Shown here: in pieces, positions 37,751 to 50,387 of the stretch
Layout of the letters: every line of letters starts with the position of its first letter
Numbering within the stretch: position 1 is the stretch's first letter
The notes under the pieces: model-generated
The model's input: the letters and a program-made list of their open reading frames with translations, nothing else
What the model was told of the DNA's origin: nothing
Database searches by the model: none
Origin: Octopus sinensis
Lineage: Eukaryota
Assembly: GCF_006345805.1 (NCBI RefSeq)
Contig: NC_042999.1
Span: 161,572,001 to 161,636,000, forward strand
Direction of reading: 5' to 3'
DNA: 64,000 bases
Program-made: the position numbers and the translations under genes

Positions 37751-38865
37751 CTTTTTTTAGCTTCTTCATTTTAATGTCCACTTTTACATATTTGCATGGA
37801 GAAGTGGACAGAGTTTATCAAGACAGGTTTTCTATGGCTGGATGCTCTTCCTTTCACCAACCATCATTTCTTTCCATGCAAGCTAATACTTCTCCATGGC
37901 CAGACATATATATTTTGCAGAAATTGGAAATTAATGATGCAGCTTACATGAAAGTGACATTCGTTTATAACTTTCACACAACATCAAGACAAGGAGACAC
38001 AAACGTAGGATCTTTTGCTTGGCTGCCACTTTCCAATTTCTTCAATCTTTGTTCCAATTGATTTCATATTTGGTGTTTTATAGTTTTTTACAGTAATCAT
38101 TGACATGAAATTCAATTTTGCAAATCAATAAATAAAGAATTAACAGTTTTTAAAGTTTGCAAATTTTGGCTACTTTTAGCCAATCGAAAGTCACAGACAT
38201 ATAGGTGCCTGTTTCCATAGGAGCAAGTCAAGCTGTTACCAATCTACTTACTCATGTGGTCATTTTTCGTTTATTAAATCCTTAAAACACATGAGGCATG
38301 AGGTGGTTGTACAATGTGCTAAAAATAATAGCTAAAGAGGCCTTAAATCACACACCAAATTTTTTTTTTTTTGTGTGGTGGGTTGCATAACTGTATGAAT
38401 TCCAGTGTGTAGAATACAAATTTGCAAAACATTTTTTAAAAGTTCCAAAAAAATAAAAGAGTCATGAGAGGTTATATGGCATGCATAAAGCAGAATTCCA
38501 TCAATATTTCATTTGTTTACAGTTGGCAATACGTGCTGTCATACACAAAATGACAGCTTCCAAATTCTGTTTTCTGACTGGGTAAAAATTTAAACTTTAA
38601 ACCTCTGTAACTATTTTTTTTTTAATTTCTGGAAAAAGTGTATTAGCCCCTGAAATTCAGTCTGGAAAATTACATCAATACGCCAAATTTTAAAATTTTC
38701 ACTAAGCTTTAAAATTTCCACAGGTGCAACCCAAACACACACACACAATTTCATTTGCATACATATATATATAAAGGGAAAGTTTATGAAAATAAACAAA
38801 GACAAAGACAGGTGGTGTACAAAACAAACAGATGTATTAGTATAGCACTCAGGAATAGAAAAAGT

Positions 38866-38901
38866 CTTTTATGTTTCAAGCCTATGCTCTTCTACAGAAA
38901 G
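38866..38901 (-). ncRNA. Minimal type I hammerhead-like motif (decayed) in a Penelope-like repeat (~38773-38965)
   Basis: CTTT-CTGTAGA-A-GAGC-ATAG-GCTT-GAAAC-ATA-AAAG. Confidence 0.55.
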
Positions 38902-38976
38902 GTACACAGAAAAAACAAGGAGAGAAAAAAAATGTGTGTAGTGGCTAACGATCTATCATGGCATCTCTCTCTCCCC

Positions 38977-39020
<44 letters not shown>

Positions 39021-39606
39021 TAGTGGCATGCATTCCAGTTATGTGAGTTGTGCATTGCATGGCCATTTATTTTTTAATATAAATCAAAATTAAATTTAAA
39101 ACCATAATTTATTTGTAACTACATCAAAAAGTTGTCAAAAATCCATGAAAATAATATGAATATAGCCTTACTTGGATTATTGAAGATAGCTCTATTCTGA
39201 TCTTATTTCCATCCAATTAAAATTAGTTTGGAAGTTATGCGAAGTTAAAAATGCATGAAGGTTCTTGTCTTTGGTTTCTTCTCTCTATTTGTCAATACCT
39301 CTTTCTATGCCCTATCAGTTTTTTGTGATTGGTGTGGCTTAAAGACTGACCTGATGGTTGAATGGACTTGGCCATTCAACCTCAATTAAGAAGCACTAAA
39401 TCTACAAATAGAAGCAATCCAAGCCCTTTCAAAATTCTTTATCAGTCAGATCAGTTCTGTCAGAAAAAATTATTTATTTTCTCTTTGATATTTTGGTGTT
39501 CATTGTTACAGTGCTGGACTTGTTGGAATTTCTCTCTTTTGGTTGAGATCTTTCATTGCTTTGTTGATTTATTAAGATTATCTTCCATTTCATTCAAATT
39601 GACTCT

Positions 39607-39962
39607 CAGGAGTGGCTGTGTGGTAAGTAGCTTGCTAACCAGCCACATGGTTCCGGGTTCAGTCCCACTGCGTGGCATCTTGGGCAAGTGTCTTCTGTTA
39701 TAGCCCCAGGCTGACCAATGCCTTGTGAGTGGATTTGGTAGACAGAAACAGAAAGAAGCCTGTCGTATATATGTATATATATATAGTGTGTGTGTATATG
39801 TTTGTGTGTCTGTGTTTACGTCCCCGTCACTTAGCAGTTCGGCAAAAGAGACCGATAGAATAAGTACTGGGCTTACAAAGAATAAGTCTCGGGGTCGATT
39901 TGCTCGACTAAAGCGGTGCTCCAGCATGGCCACAGTCAAATGACTGAAACAAGTAAAGAGAG
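39607..39962 (+). mobile_element. SINE family A
   Basis: Match to family consensus. Confidence 0.88.
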
Positions 39963-40692
39963 TTCACACACACACACATGTGCACATAATTCTTTTATAA
40001 AATCTTTTGAACGTTTGAAATATTAGTCCAAATGACTGAAATGTGTGTTATAAAAGAACTTTTGAAAAATAGTTTTTCAAAAAAAAGACTTTGAAAGGAA
40101 ACAATTAATTATAAATGATGGTAGACCAGCACCAGAATTACCTAATTTATGAAGTTACGAGAAATGTATTCAACAATTGCAGACTAATCTATATGTTGAA
40201 ATAGTTGAAATAGTTAACTGGAAGTGCTACACGAAATAAGTTATTTTGTTGACCATATTTGTTATTTAATTTAGAAAAAGCTTTTTGGAATGATAAAGGT
40301 GGGTCATGCTAAAACATAAATGTTCTCAAAGACATACAAAATCTTTGAAAGATCTTAAAACATTTGGGAATGTTCACATAGACTTACAATTAGATGTGTA
40401 TAAAAACAGGCATACAACAACATAATGAAGAAGTTAGATGAAGCAGATCCATTTTGTGGTGATTGATCAATGCAATTAGATAATGCAGTTAAAAGAAGAT
40501 TTCCCAAAACATCAAGAACCAGATGGAACTAATTCTCGCATCTTATTATTAGTGCAAAAGAAGATTGTAATTTCATTATCAGCCTTTTTGAAGACATAAT
40601 AGAAAATCTTGAAGCATAGGACAAGACCAAAATAAATTGGTATTAGATTCTTACATAATTTAAAAGCTTCTGATTTATATTTATTATAAGTA

Positions 40693-41052
40693 AGCGAGCC
40701 ATCCGATCGTGGCCATTGCCAGCACCGCCTCGACTGGCCTCCGTGCCGGTGGCACGTAAAAAGCACCATCCGTTCATGGCCATTGCCAGCCCCGCCTGGC
40801 CCTCATGCCAGTGGCACGTAAAAAGCATCATCCGTCCGTGACCGTTTGCCAGCTCCGTCTGGCACCTGTGCAGGTGGCACGTAAAAAGCACCCACTACAC
40901 TCACGGAGTGGCTGGCATTAGGAAGAGCATCCAGCTGTAGAAACACTGCCAGATCAGACTGGGCCTGATGCAGCCTTCTGGCTTCACAGACCCCAGTTGA
41001 ACCGTCCAACCCATGCTAGCATGGAAAGCAGACGCTAAATGATGATGATGAT
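40693..41052 (+). mobile_element. RTE LINE 3'-tail fragment, 3 minisatellite units
   Basis: Same tail as 11853-12036. Confidence 0.82.
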
Positions 41053-41454
41053 AAGTATTTAGTGACATATTTTCTTTCACTGATATCTTATTTAAGATCC
41101 TTCAAAATAAAAGTCATGACATAGTGTCTGGTAAAAAGCTAATAGATAAAATTAAAACTGTGCTTGAAAATAAACTCAATTTTTCAATATTTTATATGTT
41201 AGGGAAAAAATATAGAATTGATGCAGCAATTGATCCCAGCAACATAAAAGAATGCTCTGTAAGAAAATTATTGGCACAATAGTTGACCATCTAAAAACTC
41301 AACCTTAGAAAGCTTAAATTCATGGAACTTTTCAGTTTCAGCAAAGGTGAGGAATAGCACAAAAAATTTTCAGTGCATACTTTAAAATATTTAAAACCTG
41401 TTTATGATAGTTTTTCTGTCATAATTTGATTGGAGAGTGAACTAAATGTTATGT

Positions 41455-41881
41455 AGGCGCAGGAGTGGCTGTGTGGTAAGTAGCTTGCTAACCAACCACA
41501 TGGTTCCGGGTTCAGTCCCACTGCGTGGCATCTTGGGCAAGTGTCTTCTGCTATAGCCCCAAGCCGACCAAAGCCTTGTGAGTGGATTTGGTAGACGGAA
41601 ACTGAAAGAAGCCTGTCGTATATATGTATATATATATATGTGTGTGCGTGTGTGTTTGTGTGTCTGTGTTTGTACCCCTAGCATTGCTTGACAACCTATG
41701 CTGGTGTGTTTACGTCCCCGTCACTTAGCGGTTCGGCAAAAGAGACCGATAGAATAAGTACTGGGCTTACAAAGAATAAGTCCCGGGGTCGATTTGCTCG
41801 ACTAAAGGCGGTGCTCCAGCATGGCCACAGTCAAATGACTGAAACAAGTAAAAGAGTAAAAGAGTAAAAGAGAGAGAGAGT
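41455..41881 (+). mobile_element. SINE family A
   Basis: Match to family consensus. Confidence 0.88.
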
Positions 41882-42377
41882 ATTCTATGTAAGAGTTAAA
41901 AAAGCAAAGTATGAGTAATTTAAAGTATTACATTTACATCAGTGATTTGACTGAAGTTATGCCAGAACTCTTCAGTCACTGCAATCTTATTTAGACAATT
42001 CTATCAACAACTGCCTCTATAGAGTGGTCCTTTTCTGCATTAAAGAGAATTAAAATTTACCAAAGAAATGCAACAGGAGAGAAAAGACTTTCAAGGTTGG
42101 GTCTTATGTCAACTGGAAATGATTTACTCAAACAACTGATTAAAACAGAAGTTTTCTATGAGAATGTAATAAATAAATTTGCCCTGAAAGATCAAATGAG
42201 GTACATAAATAATTACTTTTTTATACATCTATTTTGAAAAGTTTTAAAAGCATTAAAACACAGAGACCTCTATGGTGATGTTATGAAACTAATTTGGTTC
42301 TCTTAATTTAACCAATAGTTATTGCTTGACCAAGCTCAAAAATCACCACACACCATTACGTGTGTGTGTGTGTGTGT

Positions 42378-42710
42378 GAAGATGCATGGCTCAATTGTTA
42401 GAGCATCAGGATCACAATCATGAGGTAGTGAGTTTGATCCCTAGACTAGGCTGTGTGTTGTGTTCTTGAGCAAGACACTTTATTTCACATTACTCCAGTT
42501 CACTCAGCTGTAGAAATGAGTTGTGACATCACTGGTGCCAAGCTATATCGGCCGTTGCCTTTCTCTTGGATAACATCAGTGGCATGGAGAGGGGAGGCTT
42601 GTATGCATGGGTGACTGCTGGTCTTCCATAAATAACCTTGCTCAGACTTGTGCCTCAGACGGGAACTTTCTAGGTGCAATGCCATGGTCATTCATGAGTA
42701 AAGGTCTTTA
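42378..42710 (+). mobile_element. tRNA-derived SINE family D
   Basis: GCATGGCTCAATTGTTAGAGC head, GAGTTTGATCCC box, GTTCTTGAGCAAGACACTT core; inverted copy at 45383-45713. Confidence 0.8.
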
Positions 42711-42920
42711 CCCTTTACTCTATATACACACACTCACACACACACGCATTTATACATATACACATATAAATACACAATCTGATTCTTTTCCCCTCCATCT
42801 ACCAAAATCAACTCACAAGGATGACAGAGAGACAGTCAGACATACAGACAGATAACCCAAAGTGTATTTTGTTTTACACGAATTATCTCGAAGTAACATA
42901 AAGAATATATTTACTATTAC

Positions 42921-43009
42921 CTGTTGTTGAACAGATGTGAACACTAATGGTTTAATGTCCATCCCAGACTTTCTTTTGTGAGATTTACCAGATTTAGATG
43001 TTTTTGAGG
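42921..43009 (-). CDS. Minus-strand gene, internal exon (89 bp)
   Basis: Acceptor TTTTGTATATCTCTACAG, donor CAG|GTAATA; phase 1 to 0: SKTSKSGKSHKRKSGMDIKPLVFTSVQQQ. Confidence 0.8.
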
Positions 43010-43534
43010 CTGTAGAGATATACAAAACATAAATGAAAAATATTTCTTTCATATACTGTATGTCAGGTTGAATAATTATACCTACCATAATGGCTCATCC
43101 CTGTTATATAAATACTTTCACTTTAATTGTTGCACACTTGCAAAGAGAAAGGAGGCGAAAGTGTAGTGGTAATGGAAGGAGTGAAGCACTTGAAATGAGA
43201 GAGGCAAATCGTAAAATATTGAGTTTTCTCGAATTTTTTCTTAATTGGGGGTCAAATTGAAAAAACTTTACATGCCATGACCCAATGGAATCTACTTGGA
43301 AAAATCATAGGTAAATTCCAATTGAAGAAATTCTATATTGTACAATTGTATAAAAAACGAACGATTTGGGAGGCAGAGAAAATCTGCCTTTTATCATAAG
43401 AGATGTATTTCAAACATTGTACATACTGTACTATTTATCACACAGTTCACTATACAAGACAATTCAACATCATATATGACACAGAATATAAAACTACATG
43501 CCACACTGTATATTACACTATAAGAGTACTATAC

Positions 43535-43953
43535 GAGCGTGATCATTGCCAGAGCAACAATCTGGCCTCCGTGCCGATGGCATGTAAAAAGCACCATTCG
43601 AGCGTGATCGTTACATGCGTCACCTTACTGGCACTTGTGCTGGTGGTACGTAAAAACACAATTGAGCAAGGTGGTTGCCATTCCCCCTGGACTGGCTCCT
43701 GTGCAGGTGGCACATAAAAAGCACCATTTGAGCATGGCCACTGCCAGTACCGCCTGACTGGCCCTCGTGCCAGTGGCACGTAAAAGCACCCACTACACTC
43801 TTGGGAGTGGTTGGCGTTAGGAAGGGCATCCAACTGTAGAAACTCTGCCAGATCAGATTGGAGTCTGGTGCAGCCATCCGGTTCACTAGACCTCAGTGAA
43901 ATCGTCCAACCCATGCTAGCATGGAAAGTGGACATTAAATGATGATGATGATA
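43535..43953 (+). mobile_element. RTE LINE 3'-tail fragment, ~4 minisatellite units
   Basis: Same tail family. Confidence 0.8.
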
Positions 43954-44090
43954 TAACAGGCCACATTATACACTATAAAATACATTATATACTGCAAAAT
44001 AAGCTATCCACTGCCATTATACTTTATACCACTCTATATATTACACATTACACACAATACTACATACACACTACTGCTATACTATACACC

Positions 44091-45170
44091 CAGTGGCAGA
44101 TCTACAATATTGGGGCCCCCTTTACAACCAGCAACAGCAGAGTAAAATCCAATAAGGGTCAAAAAATTTTCATGCCCATGTAAGGTACTCCAGCTTGAGG
44201 TTCTGATAGCCCAAATGGTGGAGTTGTGATGTGGAGTCCTTAAAAATGAATCTGAAAGCAAGCCCTCTTTCCAGGCTATGTCTTATACTCTTAGAGTTAT
44301 GGGGGTTAAAAATTAGGGAAGTGTTATATAATGCATGATGCATCATTAAGATACATAGAAAATTACAAAATACTTCTTTTTCTGGTTTTTGTAGCAACAG
44401 TTTTGTCATATGACAGCTTCCTTGCAATGCCATTTTCTAGAGACAATATGCATAAGGAATTTCGTCATTCTTCAGTCATGGTTGGCTGAAATTCATTCTT
44501 TACAAAGGAAAGCTTTGAGGAACTCCTTTCTGCATCACATCTTGTGATAGGCATTGTCAAGTACAGCTTATGTGCAGTGGTAATATTAGGGGACACCTCA
44601 ATTAATTGTTGCTCATAAATAAGCTGAAGAACTTCTGTGCAATGCATTTTAGATGGTGTTTTCTTCTGTGTTCCAAGATGTCCTAAAGTGTAAATAGTCT
44701 TTGAACTGATATCACTCATTTATTGATTCAAATTCTGAATTGCTTATCAATTCTGAGAGAAACTTGAACTTTTTTGCAATCTGCTCATATGGGTCCAACC
44801 TCTTGCTTAAATGGATTATCAAACAGTCATAGACTTGATTTAGAACTTATGTCCTAAATTTTTCAGCCCCTTTCAAAGAAGCCCTATCACTTGTTCCATC
44901 TGCTAATTTCTTTGTAACAACATGTTTGGAAACATCAGAATAATTTGAGGTGATATATTCACATAAATATTTTGTTACTGATTCATAGTGTGCAATCCTG
45001 TTGGCTGAATTTTCTCATAGTTCTTTAACAAATGAAAGCAAAGATGCTAGCAGAAGGTAACCCAGGACTTTTGGAAGTCCACATAACAAAACAGCTTCGT
45101 TTCTTTCTCTATTTTACATAGATCAACAACCTACACAAGATAATGTGTGATTTTGAAAGAAGTTCCTATA
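44091..45170 (-). mobile_element. Second decayed hAT transposon (3' part)
   Basis: EVSPNITTAHKLYLTMPITRCDAERSSSKLSFVKNEFQPTMTEE dimerisation motif (ORF 44465-44719); CAGTGGCAGATCT terminus at 44091. Confidence 0.82.
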
Positions 45171-45382
45171 AAACCAGTTTTTAAGCATTAAATGGCTATG
45201 GGGGTCCACCAGAATGAATTAGTAATCAAAGAGGTCCATAGATAAAAAATGGTTGAGAACTCTGCTCTAGATTGTAAGAAGGAGAAAGAGAAGTAATCCC
45301 AATCTTAGATAAGCACTGACAATAGTAGTAGTGGTGAAAAAAAGCGACACAACTCAACAGTGGTTTTAGTGGGATAGTGAGT

Positions 45383-45713
45383 GAGGAGGAGGCGACCCCT
45401 TCGGTCATGAATGACCATGGGATTGCACCTAGAAAGTTACCCTCCAAGGCAAGGTTGTTTGTGGAAGGCCATCAGTCGCCCATGTATACCAGCCTCCCCT
45501 CTCCACGCCACTGATGTTATCCAAGGGAAAAGCAAAGGCCAAAATAGCTTGGCACCAGTGATGTTGCAACTCATTTCTGCAGCTGAGTTAACAGGAGCAA
45601 TGTGAAATAAAGTATCTTGCTCAAAAGCACAAAATGCAGCCCAGTCCAGGAATCGAACTCACAACTCACGATCGTAAGCTCGACACTCTAACCACTGAGC
45701 CATGTGCCTTCAC
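45383..45713 (-). mobile_element. SINE family D with TSD
   Basis: TSD ATAGTGAGT at 45374-45382 and 45714-45722. Confidence 0.82.
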
Positions 45714-45772
45714 ATAGTGAGTACAGCTTTATAAAACACATTTTCCATTTGTTTGGATGCATTCACATATCT

Positions 45773-46003
45773 CTTTCTTTACTACCCACAAGGGGCTAAA
45801 CACAGAGAGGACAAACAAGGACAGACAAACATATTAAGTTGATTATATCGACCCCAGTACGTAACTGGTACTTATTTAATCAACCCCGAAAGGATGAAAG
45901 GCAAAGTCGACCTCGGCGGAATTTGAACTCAGAACGTAGCAGCAGACGAAATACCGCTAAGCATTTCGCCCGGCGTGCTAACGATTCTGCCAGTTCGCCA
46001 CCT
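45773..46003 (-). mobile_element. SINE family B with TSD
   Basis: TSD TTCACATATCT at 45762-45772 and 46004-46014. Confidence 0.88.
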
Positions 46004-46367
46004 TTCACATATCTGTTGAGGTTGTGTGCTTGGTCAGCCCTCAAGGAGTATACCTTTGATGAAAGATGGTCCAGTAGTTAGACTCCTATCTTCTTCATAG
46101 ACAAAGTGTATTTAGAATTACCTTCTCCAATGTCTTATTGTTGCTGTTATTGTTGTTTAATCTCTGACCACCTATGATTGGTTGACCTGTGGTTAAAGTC
46201 ATTCCAGCAGTGACCATCTCAGCTTTTTACTTAGATACAATGTATCAAGAAAAACATTATCTAACATGTCCTATTTAAAAAGACTTGAGAGCATGGTGAG
46301 AGAGAGATTTGGCTATTATTCCTGGCAGGTCAAGTGACTCAATACAGCATTTTCATTGACTGGATAT

Positions 46368-46389
46368 TTGTGTGTGTGTGTATGTGTGT

Positions 46390-46427
<38 letters not shown>

Positions 46428-46516
46428 TGTGTGTCTGTGTGTGTATGTGTACGTGTGTGTGTGTGTGTGTGTATGTGTACGTGTGTGTGTGTGTGTGTGT
46501 GTACGTGTGTGTGTAC
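46368..46516. repeat. (TG)n microsatellite
   Basis: Direct reading. Confidence 0.95.
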
Positions 46517-46560
46517 ACAAATATACATTTTTGGTAACAAAACAATATCTTTTTACTTAC

Positions 46561-46676
46561 AGGTTGATCGCTTCTTTGACCTCAGTTTAGGTGGTGGTAC
46601 TAATGCGGTGGATATCGGCTCACTTTGATACCTTAGGAAACTGCTGTAGGGTCTGTTAACTGGAAAGGGCTTCCAT
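46561..46676 (-). CDS. Minus-strand gene, internal exon (116 bp)
   Basis: Acceptor TTTTTCTTGATGTTCACAG, donor GTAAGT; the only open frame (phase 2 to 1) reads [38 protein letters not shown]. Confidence 0.82.
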
Positions 46677-46782
46677 CTGTGAACATCAAGAAAAACTAAC
46701 ATAAAAAATATGTTAACACTAGCTTAACTACTATTTTTCAGACTGATGAATATCCTCAATTATTATCTTGACTCAATGATTC

Positions 46783-47070
46783 ATCATCATCATTGATTAA
46801 TGTCCGCTTTCCATGCTGGCATGGGTTGGATGATTTAACTGAGGACTGGCGAACTGGATGGCTGCACCAGGCTCCAATCTGATCTGGCAGAGTTTCTACA
46901 GTTGGATGCCCTTCCTAACACCAAACACTCTGAGAGTGTAGTGGGTGCTTTTACATGCCACTGGCATGAGGGCCAGTCAGGTGGTACTGGCAATAGCCAT
47001 GCTCAAATTGTGTTTTTTATGTGCCACCTGCACAGGAGCCAGACCACCAGCACTGGCAATAACCTTGCTC
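46783..47070 (-). mobile_element. RTE LINE 3'-tail fragment
   Basis: (CAT)n then same tail family. Confidence 0.8.
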
Positions 47071-47253
47071 AAATATTTACATATATACATATACACACAT
47101 ATATATATATACCTCCTCTTGCACTCTCCTGTCTTTGAAAGAACTTTTTCTTCACCCATTCCCTTTCGGTCATTTCAATATGTGACCATGTGTGTATCAT
47201 TGGCGATTTTCTTTCTCTGTCTTCCCTTCCTTGGACTTTTTCTTTTTTTCTAT

Positions 47254-47288
47254 ATTTCTGACGAAGAGCTCCACTCAAAACATTAAAT
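47254..47288 (+). ncRNA. Minimal type I hammerhead-like motif (decayed) in a Penelope-like repeat (~47110-47325)
   Basis: ATTT-CTGACGA-A-GAG-CTCCA-CTC-AAAAC-ATT-AAAT; G12 and the GUH G replaced by A. Confidence 0.5.
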
Positions 47289-47324
47289 CCTCCTTCTTTC
47301 TTTCCTTTCCTGAGCATCCAATAA

Positions 47325-47651
<327 letters not shown>

Positions 47652-48003
47652 TGCTATGCTAGGAAGGTTAGTCTTTGATGAGGAGGTCAAAATAGGATTA
47701 AAACATGTCTAGAGTTGTCTCCCATATTTGCTGGGGCTTGAGAAGGAATGAAAATAGTATCAACCATTAAGCAACATTGTCTTTTCCACCCCAAATATTC
47801 ATTTATTTCTAATTTTTTAATAATTTTCCCAGCATAATTATTGTATCTTTTGATAGCTTGATTCTTTACACCACTTTGAAAAAGTCAAGTGTGATTCTAA
47901 CTTCATGGAAACTGATAAGACCCAGTTACATTTCAATAAGGATTCTTCAATTGTGGAAAGGTCTTAAAGTGACAATGGAGATTACACACAGCAATTTGAG
48001 ACA

Positions 48004-48051
48004 ATGTCCGTTGGCAAGAGACAAACCATGTCCGTTGGCAAGAGACAAACC
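48004..48051. repeat. Exact 24-bp tandem duplication
   Basis: ATGTCCGTTGGCAAGAGACAAACC x2. Confidence 0.95.
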
Positions 48052-48892
48052 ATGAGTCTACCTCCCTTGTTGTTAGTGGGCTTGTTGATCTATCTTCTCT
48101 CTAAATAGAGCTTACAATATTTAAAACCTTAGTAGTTAATTCAAAGCCTAGAAATATTTTCATTCTTATACTTCATGGTGTCATCATCATCATCATCACT
48201 CAGGACAATGCTAACTTTTAGTTTAAACCTGTAGTGGATGTGTGTGTATGTAAATAAATGCATAAACTGTTTCATGATTAAAAAGGGATTTATTTACAGG
48301 ATTGTCAGTACACTATATACAAATGTAAGCAAATGCTACGAATTGCTTGTATAGAACACATATTAAAATGAATATGTTTGTGTGTGTAGGTGTGTGTGTG
48401 TGTGCGTGAATCATTCGAAACAGTAGTCGATAGATACTGTGAGCATTTCTCTCTGTCTGCCAAAACGCGGGGCGAAATAGATCTGTGTGCTGCCGTCTCC
48501 GCTGTGATTGTGATCTTTGTTTTCGCCGTTGTATTTATAATATTTGAGACAGCTAGAAAGATAGACATACTGCAACAGAGTTACTACCTAAGAAGGTCAT
48601 CACTTGTCCAGTTGAACTTGGCCTGACATGGCTGAGGTCGCAGGTCAAAGGGAGATGATCAATCAATTTTTGACAGAACAAAGGAAACCTTTTTTCGTGC
48701 CTGTTGATCGTCGTGGTTTGGACGACCGAGAATTCTTGGATTCGGTTTCAAATCTAGGCTTAGAGAAGGAAGTGCTAATTCTTACACTACTAGTGAGAAA
48801 GCCACAGAGATCGAACGATATTGGAATGTTATTTTTTGGCGTGTATGCAGAAAAAATTTACACATTGTAACAGACAAATGAACAATAAAAAC

Positions 48893-48930
48893 CTGTTACT
48901 CTGAGTTTCCCGTTGCCGTTCATCGGACAG
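48893..48930 (-). ncRNA. Type I hammerhead-like motif with CCGAUGA core variant
   Basis: CTGT-CCGATGA-A-CG-GCAA-CG-G-GAAAC-TC-A-GA-GTA-ACAG; forms the left arm of palindrome 48895-48981. Confidence 0.55.
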
Positions 48931-49360
48931 TTTTTCTAGCAAAAACTGTCCGATGAACGGCAACGGGAAACTCAGACTAACTTTTAGTTTATGCAGGAGA
49001 TAAACTACTGCTACTGCTATCCAAGTGGCCTCAATGCAAAGACATGCAGTGACAAATACACATACACAACTCTCACACACATCTGTGTTTTATATTGTTA
49101 CTGCCAAAGTTCCTGTTCCTCAGAGCTGGCTGGCCTCAAACCTCCTCTTTTAGGCTACCTCAACCCACTTGTCTCTCCAGTTTGTCACCCATGTTGAGCT
49201 CCACCACCACTACTACTACCATGCTATACTATACGCTATATACTCAGTCTTTCTTTTCCAGAATTTTTTGCTCTGGGAGTCTCTTCCCCTGCTTATAACT
49301 TTCCAGCAGGTGTTGACCTGCAACAGTTTAAATAAACATCAATGGCATGAAATTCACCAG

Positions 49361-49590
49361 GCGGCGAGCTGGCAGAACCATTAGCACGCCGGGCGAAATG
49401 CGTAACCGTATTTCGTCTGCTGTTACGTTCTGAGTTCAAATTCCGCCGAGGTTGACTTTGCCTTTCATCCTTTCGGGGTCGATTAAATAAGTACCAGTTA
49501 AGCACTGGGGTCGATATAATCAACATAATCCGTTTGTCTGTCCTTGTTTGTCCCTTCTGTGTGTAGCCCCTTGTGGGTAGTAAAGAAATA
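49361..49590 (+). mobile_element. SINE family B with 17-bp TSD
   Basis: GGCATGAAATTCACCAG at 49344-49360 and 49591-49607. Confidence 0.9.
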
Positions 49591-49970
49591 GGCATGAAAT
49601 TCACCAGTTGTAGAGAGCCTGCAAAATTCAGAGGCACTACCTCTTCCTCCAGACTCAGCAAGTAAAAAAAAATGCAACAGACTTCTGTACAGTTTCTGTC
49701 AATCAAATTTCACTCACATTGCATGGTCAGTTCAAGGTCATTATAGAAGACACTTTCCCAAGGTACTGCACAATGGGATTGAACCCAGATTCATATTGTT
49801 GTGAAGCAAACTTCTCAACGACAAAATCATGCCAATGCCAATTTGTAATTTTGATCATAGTCATAAAAAATTTACACACACACACACACACATTTAGAGA
49901 TGATGACTTATTCTCTATATTGGCTGATATATAAACAAGAATATAGAAATATTAATTAAAATTACATTCA

Positions 49971-50387
49971 TAGGAGTGGCTGTGTGGTAAGTAGCTTGCC
50001 TACCAACCACATGGTTCTGGGTTCAGTCCCACTGTGTGGCATCTTGGGCAAGTGTCTTCTGCTATAGCCTCGGGCCGACCAATGCCTTGTGAGTGGATTT
50101 GGTAGATGGAAACTGAAAGAAGCCTGTCGTATATATGTATATATATGTATGTATGTGTATGTATGTGTTTGTGTGTCTGTGTTTATCCCTCTAGCATTGC
50201 TTGACAACCGATGCTGGTGTGTTTACGTCCCCGTCACTTAGCGGTTCGGCAAAAGAGACCAATAGAATAAGTACTGGGCTTACAAAGAATAAGTCCCGGG
50301 GTCGATTTGCTCGACTAAAGGCGGTGCTCCAGCATGGCTGCAAGTCAAATGACTGAAACAAGTAAAAGAGTAAAAAGAGTAAAGAGT
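49971..50387 (+). mobile_element. SINE family A
   Basis: Match to family consensus; (GA)n follows. Confidence 0.88.

Larger units (their letters stand above)
39990..42215 (+). mobile_element. Decayed hAT transposase (TTF/ZMYM1-like), split by insertions
   Basis: WLTGSATRNKLFC...; LKTFGNVHIDLQLD...QQHNEEVR; FTDILFKILQNKS; TTASIEWSFSALKRIK...GEKRLSRLGLMS dimerisation-domain remnant. Confidence 0.82.

Noticed and set aside
37260-37781. Seven overlapping 127-173-aa ORFs
   Set aside because: Stop-free translations of a tetranucleotide satellite; the same applies to ORFs at 32009-32266, 46316-46628 and 47069-47610.
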